A stretch of DNA of 61,980 nucleotides, filler included. It is 8 parts of 8 records of this genome, joined end to end, with 100 filler letters (N's around TTAATTAATTAA, not from the genome) between each part and the next. Parts side by side here need not be neighbours in the genome. Positions count along the whole stretch, not along the records: positions 20,869 to 27,964 come from SRR31147125_52484; positions 28,065 to 33,387 come from SRR31147125_52486; 6 more parts are not named here. One strand, 5' to 3'. The notes under the pieces were generated by a model. The model had not been told where the DNA came from, ran no database searches, and was given only the letters and a program-made list of their open reading frames with translations. Of the stretch, positions 20,971 through 30,757 are shown one piece after another. The first letter of the stretch is position 1. Each line of letters begins with the position of its first letter. The position numbers and the translations under genes were made by a program.

Positions 20971-22938
20971 TTAATTCTTTTGCTGATACAGATAAGGAGT
21001 TAAACCAACTTGGTCGACAACTTTCTGAAAACGTGGATTGTTTTGATATTTGTTAAAATCGGGATTAGTGGCAATAAGATTAAAGTAATGCCAAAGTTTT
21101 GTTTTTGACTGTACAACTTCCTCAAGCCCCAAAATTGCCTCTTCTTCATTTCCTAAAATAGCATTCCACCAGGCAATAAAAAACGGGTGCCCGTTCATGC
21201 CTTCAACTTCTATCGGATTGTTTTTATTTACATCGATTAACCAATAAAACAAACCTTCAATGCCACCGTTGTCGTAAGCTTGCTGAATAGCTTCGGTATA
21301 ATTATCGGATTTTGAATAGCGTTTTGCAATGTATTGTAGTTGCTCCTTCATTTTCTGGCCCTCGCCCAGTTTGGCATAATTAATTACAAACAACCAGTGA
21401 TTGCTACTGAAGTGCGGATTAAAATCGCGGGCAATAGTGCATGCTTCAAGTGCTTTTTTGTACTTGCCTTCAAAATAATAAATGCAGGAATTTAAATTCT
21501 GAACCACCCAAAAATTGGGTTCCAGATTTATAGCATGATTTACTTGCCTGCGAGCTTCTTCAATAGGGCCGGTAATCATTAAAAACTGAGCATAGCCCTG
21601 CCTGGCTGTGGCAAAATTCGGATTTAAACGAATTGCCGTTTCATATTCCTTTTTCCCCACTTCAAAATTTCGAATACCCCAAATATTAAATGCCGCTAAA
21701 ACAGCATGAGCCACAGCACATTCATGATCGATTTCCAAGGCTTTTAAGCTTAATTCCCGCGCCTTTAAAAAACCCTTGTTTGAAGGAATAAATTTCCAGG
21801 CCGTAAGGTTAAAATTAGCCAAAGCTAATTCGGCATAAGCTTCTGCAAAATTTGGGTCTTCGGCAATTGCCATTTCATAATATTTCAAACAATTTTCAAC
21901 ACCGCTTTTATCAAAACCATTTCGTAGTTCGCTGGTACTTTTATGATGTAAAAACCGGGCTTGTAACAAATACTCGTAGGCCTTTGAGTTTTGTGTGGAT
22001 CTTTTTTCAATCTTTTGTCTTTCATTTTCAGACAACACTGCCTTAAGTTTCGATGCTACCTGCAAAGCAATTTCATCCTGTACTCCTATTATATCATCCA
22101 ACTCTCTATCGAAATTCGACGACCACAAATGGTCTTCACGTTTAGTAGCATCAATTAACTGAACTGTAATTCGCACCTTTTCTTTTTCACGTCTTACACT
22201 GCCTTCCAGTACATAATGAACATTCATTTTTTTGGCTATTTCGCGAGCCGTTAGCTTGCTTCCCCTGAACTGTTCGGCCGATGTACGCGATATTACACGT
22301 AATGCAGTAATCCAATACAAATTATTTAAAATATCTTCCCGAATTCCTTCAGCAAAAAATGCATTTGCCGTATTCTCGCTAAAATTCTGGAATGGCAAAA
22401 CAATAATCGACAAGTCGTTATTTTTGGTCTGTAAAATTCCATCATTTTCAAGTAAATTATAAGCCATTACTCCGCAAATAATAACCAGTAAACAAATAAA
22501 TGCTCCAATAACAAAACGTTTGTATTTTGTTTTTACCGGCTTGGCCTCCGGTATCCGTCCTGTTTCTCTGGGTAGCGAATTCTTTTCAACCTCATTGGCG
22601 AAGCGCTTTTTTTCTTCTCCCGGCGAGAAACCATAATACTTATGAAAACAACGGCAAAAATAGGCAGGGCTGCTAAAACCAACGTCGTAAGAAATTTCAG
22701 AAACGGTGAGTTCACTTTTATGCAACAACTCTGTTGCCTTTTCGAGCCTAATCCGATTGATAAACTGACTTACCGACTCGTTTGTTATTGCTTTTAACCT
22801 GCGATGAATATACGAGCGGCTTTTCCCGAATTCCTGTGATAATTCGCTTACGCCAAATTTTTCATTTTTAAGCTTAGCTTTAACAATCCGAGTCAAATCG
22901 TCGATAAAAACTTTATCACTGGAAGAAACCGTATTCAT
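20971..22938 (-). CDS. AraC-HTH, TM helix, TolB-like and TPR regulator
   Basis: N-terminal AraC (SRSYIHRRLK...IRLEKA..LL...VSEISYDVGFSSPAYFCRCFHKYYGFSP), a hydrophobic helix, SIIVLPFQNFS...LRVISRTS...YVLEGSVRR, then TPRs. Confidence 0.88.
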   Translation of the reverse strand: MNTVSSSDKVFIDDLTRIVKAKLKNEKFGVSELSQEFGKSRSYIHRRLKAITNESVSQFINRIRLEKATELLHKSELTVSEISYDVGFSSPAYFCRCFHKYYGFSPGEEKKRFANEVEKNSLPRETGRIPEAKPVKTKYKRFVIGAFICLLVIICGVMAYNLLENDGILQTKNNDLSIIVLPFQNFSENTANAFFAEGIREDILNNLYWITALRVISRTSAEQFRGSKLTAREIAKKMNVHYVLEGSVRREKEKVRITVQLIDATKREDHLWSSNFDRELDDIIGVQDEIALQVASKLKAVLSENERQKIEKRSTQNSKAYEYLLQARFLHHKSTSELRNGFDKSGVENCLKYYEMAIAEDPNFAEAYAELALANFNLTAWKFIPSNKGFLKARELSLKALEIDHECAVAHAVLAAFNIWGIRNFEVGKKEYETAIRLNPNFATARQGYAQFLMITGPIEEARRQVNHAINLEPNFWVVQNLNSCIYYFEGKYKKALEACTIARDFNPHFSSNHWLFVINYAKLGEGQKMKEQLQYIAKRYSKSDNYTEAIQQAYDNGGIEGLFYWLIDVNKNNPIEVEGMNGHPFFIAWWNAILGNEEEAILGLEEVVQSKTKLWHYFNLIATNPDFNKYQNNPRFQKVVDQVGLTPYLYQQKN

Positions 22939-23220
22939 ATATTTTTAGGATGATATTATATCATAATATTTGTAGTACACCCGAGCCCCGAAATTCAACA
23001 TTTGGTCTTACGTAAATTATTCCGAATTGATTCAATTATTTATTATCCTCAGATTGCACTATACAAAGTCTATATTAATCTACGAAACGTATAGTTTTTC
23101 CTTCATTTCTGAAAGGACACTAATTTCCCCCCATTTCATTCTTAAATACCCCCCATTAGAAAGCTATCAGTATTTTAAATTTACATTTTAAATTTTGGCG
23201 GAAGCCTAAACAGCAAAAAC

Positions 23221-24276
23221 ATGAACAAAACAATTTTCCTTATAATACTTTTCTCATCGCTATTTTTTGGGAATGCCTTTTCTCAACATCATTCTCCGGC
23301 ATCAGAATTCGAATCATCAGAATTTTGCGATGCACTTGAACCGGTTGGCAGAATTCTGGAATGTGAAGGCTGGAATGTTTGGGGCTGCTCGCCAATTTGG
23401 GGCGACGACGGGAAAGTACATGTTTTCTTTTCGCGCTGGCCGGGCGAACATAACAACTGGCTTACTAAAAGCGAAATTGCACATGCTGTTGCCGATAAAC
23501 CCGAGGGGCCATACAAAGTTATCGAAACCGTTTTGAAAGGTCGTGGTGCCGGACACTGGGATGCGCACACTATCCATAATCCTACCATTCAGAAAGTTGG
23601 CGACAAATATGCCTTGTTTTACATTGGCAACAATTTGGATTGGGCAAAAGAACAAGGCATTAAGCACTCGGGTACGCAACGTGTTGGTTTGGCAATTGCC
23701 GACAATTTAAACGGACCATGGAAAATAATCAGCGACAAAGAACCTTTATTAGAAACCAGTACTAATAAAAAAGATTGGGATAGCTTTTTAACAACTAATC
23801 CTGCGTTGCTCCAGCACCCAAATGGCGAATTCTGGCTATACTATAAAGCCTGGGACAAATACAACGACAACATGCGAAAAATGGGGATTGCTGTTGCGAA
23901 AAACATTGAGGGTCCTTACAAAAAAATTAAAGAAAATCCGGTGGTTTCGTTTGCTGATATGAAGCCCAAAAGACAAGTTGAAGACGCCTACGTTTTCAAT
24001 TACAAAAACAAATACCACATGGTTATGCGCGACATGGGCGTTTTTCATCCACATGTAGGATTAATTCTTGAGTCGGAAGATGGAATTGAATGGTCGGAAC
24101 CAAAGCTGGGATATAAAACCAGTGCCGATTATTTTGGAGGAGAAATTGAGCGTTTCGAGCGTCCACAGGTTTTAATGAAAAATGGCAAACCAACCTACTT
24201 ATTTTTGGCTTTAATGGGAGGAAAGTATAACACCTCGTCGGGAGCAGTTTTGAAAATTGATAATGAAAAATTCTAA
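23221..24276 (+). CDS. Secreted five-bladed beta-propeller glycoside hydrolase (GH43/32/68/117-like clan)
   Basis: Signal peptide; WGCSPI...HVFFSRW, HNPTIQK, TNPALL, VEDAY, RFERPQV. Confidence 0.75.
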   Translation: MNKTIFLIILFSSLFFGNAFSQHHSPASEFESSEFCDALEPVGRILECEGWNVWGCSPIWGDDGKVHVFFSRWPGEHNNWLTKSEIAHAVADKPEGPYKVIETVLKGRGAGHWDAHTIHNPTIQKVGDKYALFYIGNNLDWAKEQGIKHSGTQRVGLAIADNLNGPWKIISDKEPLLETSTNKKDWDSFLTTNPALLQHPNGEFWLYYKAWDKYNDNMRKMGIAVAKNIEGPYKKIKENPVVSFADMKPKRQVEDAYVFNYKNKYHMVMRDMGVFHPHVGLILESEDGIEWSEPKLGYKTSADYFGGEIERFERPQVLMKNGKPTYLFLALMGGKYNTSSGAVLKIDNEKF

Positions 24277-24459
24277 AAATATATAGAAATTACTTTACCC
24301 TTTTGGCTGTCGCCATTTCCCCTCACGAGGGAAAACTGAATGCAAAGGTAAAAATTGCTGATGATACGAAAAAAGTCACATCAAAGCTTGCTCCCCTTGT
24401 AAGGGAAGCTCCCGACAGGGAGAGGGGTATGGAAATACTACAACAAAAACACCAATAAA

Positions 24460-25224
24460 ATGAGAAATATAACCACACTACTAATTCTGCTAATTACTTT
24501 ATCCACAGCATTTGCACAGGAAAAGAAAATGGTAATTGGCGAACAACCTATTTTTAAAGTAAAAAGAGCAAATCAATCGATTGTGGTTGATGGGAAAATG
24601 GACGAAACCATTTGGAGCAAAACAGAAGCACGTACTTTCGATTATTTTTACGCTACTGAGAAACCCGACGACAAACAAAAAATGGTTTTCCGTATGCTTT
24701 GGGACGATCAAAATCTTTATGTGTTTTTCGAGGCCGTAGATAAATTCATTACTGCTCGCGAAACAAAACGCGACGGACAACCTTATTTCGACGACTGTGC
24801 CGAAATATTTCTAATTACTGTTCCCGATAGTTTAGACACGCACATTGGCTACGAATTGAATCTTTACAAAGCTGCCAACGACTTTGTTTTCTTTAATGAT
24901 TTTGTTCCCGGGAAAAGTATTGCGATGAAATCTTTTAATCCCGATTATAAAGTTGAAGTTACCGTTAACGGAACAATTAACGACAATTCGGATATAGACA
25001 AAGGATGGACAATGGAAATGGCAATTCCACTAGATAATTTTGGTGGGCTGGAAAGTTTATCGCCTGTGCAAGTTGGCAACAAATGGGCATTTTTAGCTGT
25101 TCGCCAGGATAGGAACGATGCAGAAGGTAACCGCCGTTCTACTTCCACTATTTTCCCTATATATGAAATTGAAAAAAATGTACATCAGGCTAATCGCTTT
25201 GGATTGATGGAGTTTATTCAATAA
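24460..25224 (+). CDS. CBM9-like/DOMON carbohydrate-binding protein
   Basis: Signal peptide; IVVDGKMDETIW...MLWDDQNLYVFF...DDCAEIFL...GWTMEMAIP. Confidence 0.8.
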   Translation: MRNITTLLILLITLSTAFAQEKKMVIGEQPIFKVKRANQSIVVDGKMDETIWSKTEARTFDYFYATEKPDDKQKMVFRMLWDDQNLYVFFEAVDKFITARETKRDGQPYFDDCAEIFLITVPDSLDTHIGYELNLYKAANDFVFFNDFVPGKSIAMKSFNPDYKVEVTVNGTINDNSDIDKGWTMEMAIPLDNFGGLESLSPVQVGNKWAFLAVRQDRNDAEGNRRSTSTIFPIYEIEKNVHQANRFGLMEFIQ

Positions 25225-25324
25225 CCCTTCGACTTCGCTCAGGGTGACACCGAATAAAGTTTGAACGTTTGCCTACTGCAAACTGCTTACTGCCTACTTT
25301 TTGATTATTATTTAACCGAATAAA

Positions 25325-26577
25325 ATGACAAAAACATTAACAACACTAATTCTTCTTCTGGCAACAATAATAAGCCAGGCACAAACAGCCCAATGGCGCG
25401 GCCCACATCGCGACGGCTTATATCCTGACACCGGATTATTAAAAGAATGGCCAGAGAATGGACCAGCGCGTTTATTTTCGGTTGAAGGAATTGGCGATGG
25501 CTATTCTACGGTAGTGGAATACGACAATATTATTTACGTTACCGGCAAAAAAAATACGCTTGATTATTTATCGGCCATCAATCAAAACGGAGAAATTTTG
25601 TGGCAAGTACCGTACGGAAGCGCATGGAATAAATCGTACTCCAATAGCCGCAGTACACCAACCGTTGAAAACAACAAAGTTTATGCAATTAGTGGGCAAG
25701 GACGACTGGCTTGTATTGATGCAAAAACAGGCAAAGAGATTTGGGCGCAGGATGTTGACAAACAATTTGAAGCCGATTATCACTTATTTGGATTTGCCGA
25801 GTCGCCGCTTATTGTTGATAATTTGGTGATTAGCGTTCCGGCCGGCCCGAAAACCACAATGGTAGCTTTTAATAAAAACACCGGCGAATTGGTTTGGCAA
25901 AGCGAAAGCCTGAACCAAAAACGTTCGTATGCTTCTCCTGTTTTGTACGAGAATAATGGCATCCGACAGATTCTGGCATTTACTTCGAAAGAATTAATTG
26001 CCGTAAATCCTGAAAACGGAGAGATGGTTTGGCACTATCCTTACTTTAAGCATTCAGTAGAAAAAGGAGTTGAAGATATTGGCATAAACATGACCAACAC
26101 CCCTATTTTTAAAGACAACGAAATTTTTATTACCAGTGGTTACAACTGTCCGTCGGTAATGTTAACGCTGGCAGAAGACGGAAAATCTGTCTCTGAAAAA
26201 TGGATTAATCCAACTTTCGACTGCCACCACCACGGCGTTGTTTTACTGGACGGACACATTTATGGTTCGAACTTTTACAACAACCGAAAAGGGAAATGGG
26301 TGTGTGCCAACTGGGATACAGGCGAAATTATGTATTTAACCGATTATGAAAATAAAGGAGGTACAATATATGCCGACGAGATGCTTTACACTTACATCGA
26401 AAAAACCGGAACAGTTGCATTGGTTAAACCTACTCCAAAAGAATTTAAACCGGTAAGCACTTTCAAAAATACCGAGGAAAAGGACCGCATTGGGCTCACC
26501 CATCAATTTACAACGGCAAACTATTTATTCGCCACGGCGATGTTTTGCAGGTGTTCGATATAAAAGAGAAACAATAA
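25325..26577 (+). CDS. PQQ-like/BamB-like beta-propeller protein (frameshift near 26476)
   Basis: QWRGPHRDG...WPENGP, RSTPTV, CIDAKTGKEIW repeats. The natural C-terminus GPHWAHPSIYNGKLFIRHGD lies in the next frame, with stop at 26575-26577. Confidence 0.8.
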
Positions 26578-26687
26578 AAAATCAGTCGTTTCATACGCGC
26601 TAAGGAGTTCAAAACTCCTAAGCGCATAAACAGGAAACTACGACTGTGATTGCTACTAAACATTAAAAACAGAATAAAATTATAAAA

Positions 26688-27932
26688 ATGAGATTTACGA
26701 TAATCACTCTAATGCTAATTATGGCGACTATTTTCAGCCAAGCTCAAAACACCAAAGGTTTTCCGTTTAAACTTCCAAAGGAAAAACCTAACCGCGAATT
26801 GAGTGCGGCAATGGAACGTAATTACGATGCCTACATTGCACCTCGTCCTGAAGACAACGAACTTTATTCGCAGTTTAAATACACCAAGTTAAAAGGTTTC
26901 GATTATAACGGCCACGATGGAACAATTTCGCGTCGCGATCCTTCAAAAATAATTTTCGAGAACGGGAAATATTACATCTGGTATACTTACAGAAATACGC
27001 CCACCAAACCAATGGGAGCTAAAAATTGTAACGACACTATTCCATCGGCCGACTGGGATTTATCGGAAATTTGGTATGCCACCAGCAAAGATGGTTTTAC
27101 CTGGGAAGAACAGGGAGTTGCTGTTCCTCGTCCACCAAAACCAAATGTAGGTTGGCGCTCGGTTACTACTACCGATATTTTAAAATTTAAAGGAAAATAT
27201 TACCTCTACTACCAGGGATTTATGCAGGCCAGTGGTTTGCGTGGCGACGACTGCCCCGTTGCTGTATCGTATGCCGATTCTCCTGATGGACCATGGACTC
27301 CGTATAACAAAATTGTAGTTGACAACGGTGCTCCGGGCGAATGGGACCAGTATTCTATTCACGACCCGCACCCGTTTGTTTACAAAGACAAAATTTACCT
27401 GTACTACAAAAGTGATTTTGATGGCGACCCGCGTTTGGTGCGCATGCAAGGTTTGGCAATTGCCGATAACCCACTGGGGCCATTCAAAAAGCATCCTTTA
27501 AATCCTGTAATCAACTCGGGGCACGAGACTTCGCTTTTCCCATTTAAAGAGGGAATGGCAGCCATGGTTACCCGCGACGGGAACGAACACCACACCATTC
27601 AATATGCTAAAGACGGAGTGAATTTTAAAATCGCATCGATTGCTTCGCTTTTACCAAATGCGGCAGGTTCTTTTATTCCCGATGCCTTTAACAGCAACGG
27701 AAACGGCCGTGGAATAACCTGGGGCGTTTCGCACATTACATCAGCAACGGGATGGGCAACCAACCATGCGATTTTGGTACGTTTCGATTGCGATTTGAGT
27801 CTCGACGTGGATGATAAGGACATGAAACACCACAACGAATATTACCGCCCGGAACATTATTACAAACACGGATTGAATAAAAAACAGCGCGAACGTATTG
27901 CTAAACAGAATAAGGAATTGACTGGAAAATAA
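26688..27932 (+). CDS. Glycoside hydrolase family 117 (3,6-anhydro-L-galactosidase-like)
   Basis: SAAMER (SxAxxR signature), RRDPS, DWDLSEIWYATSKDG.TW.EQG, IHDP and NSGHET. Confidence 0.9.
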   Translation: MRFTIITLMLIMATIFSQAQNTKGFPFKLPKEKPNRELSAAMERNYDAYIAPRPEDNELYSQFKYTKLKGFDYNGHDGTISRRDPSKIIFENGKYYIWYTYRNTPTKPMGAKNCNDTIPSADWDLSEIWYATSKDGFTWEEQGVAVPRPPKPNVGWRSVTTTDILKFKGKYYLYYQGFMQASGLRGDDCPVAVSYADSPDGPWTPYNKIVVDNGAPGEWDQYSIHDPHPFVYKDKIYLYYKSDFDGDPRLVRMQGLAIADNPLGPFKKHPLNPVINSGHETSLFPFKEGMAAMVTRDGNEHHTIQYAKDGVNFKIASIASLLPNAAGSFIPDAFNSNGNGRGITWGVSHITSATGWATNHAILVRFDCDLSLDVDDKDMKHHNEYYRPEHYYKHGLNKKQRERIAKQNKELTGK

Positions 27933-27936
27933 TACT

Positions 27937-27964
27937 ATCCCTCGTTTGTAACGAGGGATTTTTT
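27937..27964 (+). terminator. Rho-independent terminator
   Basis: ATCCCTCGTT-TGT-AACGAGGGAT plus a T-run directly after the GH117 stop. Confidence 0.8.
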
Positions 27965-28064
27965 NNNNNNNNNNNNNNNNNNNNNNNNNNNNNNNNNNNN
28001 NNNNNNNNTTAATTAATTAANNNNNNNNNNNNNNNNNNNNNNNNNNNNNNNNNNNNNNNNNNNN
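27965..28064. other. Artificial contig linker
   Basis: N44-TTAATTAATTAA-N44. Confidence 0.98.
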
Positions 28065-28065
28065 G

Positions 28066-29850
28066 GGTTCAAATAATCGTCTCAAAAATGGCAACACCCT
28101 TATCGCAGAATCAGATAAAGGGCATCTCATCGAGGTAACGCCAAAGGGTAAAACCGTATGGGAATACTGGAATTCTGATTATAATAAAAATGAGAAACGG
28201 ATGCCTCTTTATCGTACGATTCCATACGAAAAATCCATGATCGAGCCTCTCCTTGATAAATATGGCCGTATCAAAGATGTTATCCCGGAACAACAGGAAA
28301 ACTTGAAATTCCGCAGACTCGGAGCTGGTGAGCAGTACAAACAAATGATCCGGGAAGTAGTTTTTTACGTTGAAATTGGTTATTATGACCATGCTCTGCA
28401 ATTTCTTGATGACTTTATAAAGATTTTCCCAAAAGATCCGGAGGGATATTACGCTTACAGCCTGGTTTACTCTGCTAAAAAAGATATAAACCAATCGTTC
28501 GATTACATGCAAAAAGCCATTGATTTCGGTCTGCCTCTGGATCGGTTCACCTGCGGTCTGACATCACTCTTTACTCCACTTTTACAAAGTAAAGCTTTTA
28601 AAAATTATGTTACCGCTCAAAATCATGTGCTAATCCATGGTCCGGTTGTGGGCGATGTCACAGCCACCAGCGCTAATTTCTGGTTACGTACCTACAAAAA
28701 ACAAACAGTTCAGGTTATGGCCCGACAAAAGGGTGATCTTGATTTTAAACTTTATTCTGATAAATTAGTTACAGATCCGGAACGCGAATTTACGGCCGTT
28801 CTCACTCTTGACAACCTGAAACCGTTGACCCGCTATGAATACAAACTCGTTGTAGCCGGAAAAAAACAGGACCAGATTTTTGAGTTTGCTACTTTTCCGC
28901 AAAAAGGTCAGCCTGCCACCTTTACAACCGGATTTGGCGGTGGTGCCGGATATACTCCCAAATATGAATATATGTGGGATACCATCCGTTCGCATAAATT
29001 ACCATTTTTTATGCTCCTGGGTGATAATGTATATATTGACCATCCCGAACGTCCGGCAACACAGCAGTATTGTTATTATCGCCGCCAGAGTCGGCCGGAA
29101 TACCGGCGTTTCTCCGGTGGGACTGCCATCTATGCCATATGGGATGATCACGATTTCACCTTTAATGATGGAAAAGGAAGCCCGGACCGTGATGATCCGT
29201 TCTGGAAACAGGATGTATGGAACCTGTTTAAAAATCAGTGGAACAATCCCTATTATGGCGGTGGTGACATAAATCCCGGCTGTTGGTTTGATTTTTCTTA
29301 TGGGGATGTCGATTTTTTCATGCTGGATTGCCGTTATTACCGGGAACAACCCAAAAACAATCCAGCCGCGTCCATGCTTGGCAAAGTACAGAAACAATGG
29401 CTGTTTGAAAAATTAAGAAATTCAAAAGCCACATTCAAGATCATTGCTTCATCAGTTCCCTGGGCACAAGACACAAAACCTGGCAGCCTCGACACATGGG
29501 ATGGGCACCCACAAGAGCGTGAAGAGATCTTTTCATTTATCGAAGACAATAAAATAGAAGGTATCCTGCTCATATGTGCCGACCGTCACCGATCCGATGC
29601 CTGGCGTATTGAACGCCCGAACGGGTACAACTTTTATGATCTGGAAAGTTCCAAACTGACAAACATTCATACACACAAGATCATGCCCGGATCTTTGTTT
29701 GGTTATAATAAAACATGTTCTGTCGGTTTGCTTGAATTTGATACAACACGTGAGGATCCGCAGATCATCTACAAAATATATAATATCGATAACGAGGAAA
29801 TTCACCGAATGACTCTGTTCCTCAGTGATTTGTCACTTAAAAACAAATAG
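28066..29850 (+). CDS. PhoD-family alkaline phosphatase with TPR and an N-terminal arylsulfotransferase-like segment (5' truncated)
   Basis: The frame is open from 28066 (RLKNGNTLIAESDKGHLIEVTPKGKTVWEY). PhoD motifs are LIHGPVVGDVT, GDNVYID, WDDHD, LDCRYYR, DTWDGH and ADRH. Confidence 0.85.
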   Translation, partial: GSNNRLKNGNTLIAESDKGHLIEVTPKGKTVWEYWNSDYNKNEKRMPLYRTIPYEKSMIEPLLDKYGRIKDVIPEQQENLKFRRLGAGEQYKQMIREVVFYVEIGYYDHALQFLDDFIKIFPKDPEGYYAYSLVYSAKKDINQSFDYMQKAIDFGLPLDRFTCGLTSLFTPLLQSKAFKNYVTAQNHVLIHGPVVGDVTATSANFWLRTYKKQTVQVMARQKGDLDFKLYSDKLVTDPEREFTAVLTLDNLKPLTRYEYKLVVAGKKQDQIFEFATFPQKGQPATFTTGFGGGAGYTPKYEYMWDTIRSHKLPFFMLLGDNVYIDHPERPATQQYCYYRRQSRPEYRRFSGGTAIYAIWDDHDFTFNDGKGSPDRDDPFWKQDVWNLFKNQWNNPYYGGGDINPGCWFDFSYGDVDFFMLDCRYYREQPKNNPAASMLGKVQKQWLFEKLRNSKATFKIIASSVPWAQDTKPGSLDTWDGHPQEREEIFSFIEDNKIEGILLICADRHRSDAWRIERPNGYNFYDLESSKLTNIHTHKIMPGSLFGYNKTCSVGLLEFDTTREDPQIIYKIYNIDNEEIHRMTLFLSDLSLKNK

Positions 29851-29925
29851 TTATTCGTAATTAATACATATTCGGATAGATTTTTTAATCAAACAATCAA
29901 GGTACAATGCCCGGGAGGCTGAAAA

Positions 29926-30684
29926 ATGAAAACAGTTAAAATGGTTCTGTTATTATCCTTACTCTTATCCCTTTTTTGCTCTTCACCACAAAGCAAACAA
30001 AAACGTGTTCTCATCTATACCAAAAACGGCGAAGGATATGTACATAAAAATATCGAATCCAGTGTCAATGCGTTAAAGAAAATATGTGATTTAAACAATA
30101 TCACCTATGATGTCTCGGATGATCCGTCACTTTACGCGGGAAAAAATCTGGAACAGTATGATGCACTTATTTTCACCAATACAAACAATGAAGCGTTTGA
30201 TACAGATGAACAACGAGCTGTTTTCAAACAATATATTCGTAGCGGCGGCGGATTTGTCGGTATTCATTCAGCATGTGGGTCAGAACGCAAATGGGACTGG
30301 TTTGCAGCCATGATCGGTGGCCGGTTTGTACGCCACCCCAAAAGCCAGGATTTTGATCTGAAAGTCTATAATCAGAATTTTCCGGCAACAGCCCATCTGG
30401 ATTCTGTCTGGCATTGGAAAAATGACGAATGCTATTATCTGGACCATCTGAATCCGGAAATGAACATCCTGTTGGCTGCGGATTTAACAACGGTCGAAGA
30501 TCCGAAACGGGAAGAATACCCGGGAACCATCTTTGGTGATCTTTTCCCCATCTCCTGGTATCACGAATTTGAAGGTGGACGGGTATTTTATACGGCACTG
30601 GGACATCGGAATGATCATTATGAGGATGCACCATTTATCAAACACCTTCAGGGCGGCATTTTATGGGCTATTGGTTTAAAATAA
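29926..30684 (+). CDS. ThuA-like (class I glutamine-amidotransferase fold) exported protein
   Basis: VLIYTKNGEGYVH, GGGFVGIHSA, GRFVRHP, DECY and GGRVFYTALGH; N-terminal signal with a Cys. Confidence 0.88.
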   Translation: MKTVKMVLLLSLLLSLFCSSPQSKQKRVLIYTKNGEGYVHKNIESSVNALKKICDLNNITYDVSDDPSLYAGKNLEQYDALIFTNTNNEAFDTDEQRAVFKQYIRSGGGFVGIHSACGSERKWDWFAAMIGGRFVRHPKSQDFDLKVYNQNFPATAHLDSVWHWKNDECYYLDHLNPEMNILLAADLTTVEDPKREEYPGTIFGDLFPISWYHEFEGGRVFYTALGHRNDHYEDAPFIKHLQGGILWAIGLK

Positions 30685-30757
30685 ACATATGTTGTAGATA
30701 ATTTTAAGTATAAACTAATTCGATTCTGAAATAAAATCGCGTTAAAGGAGATAGTAC

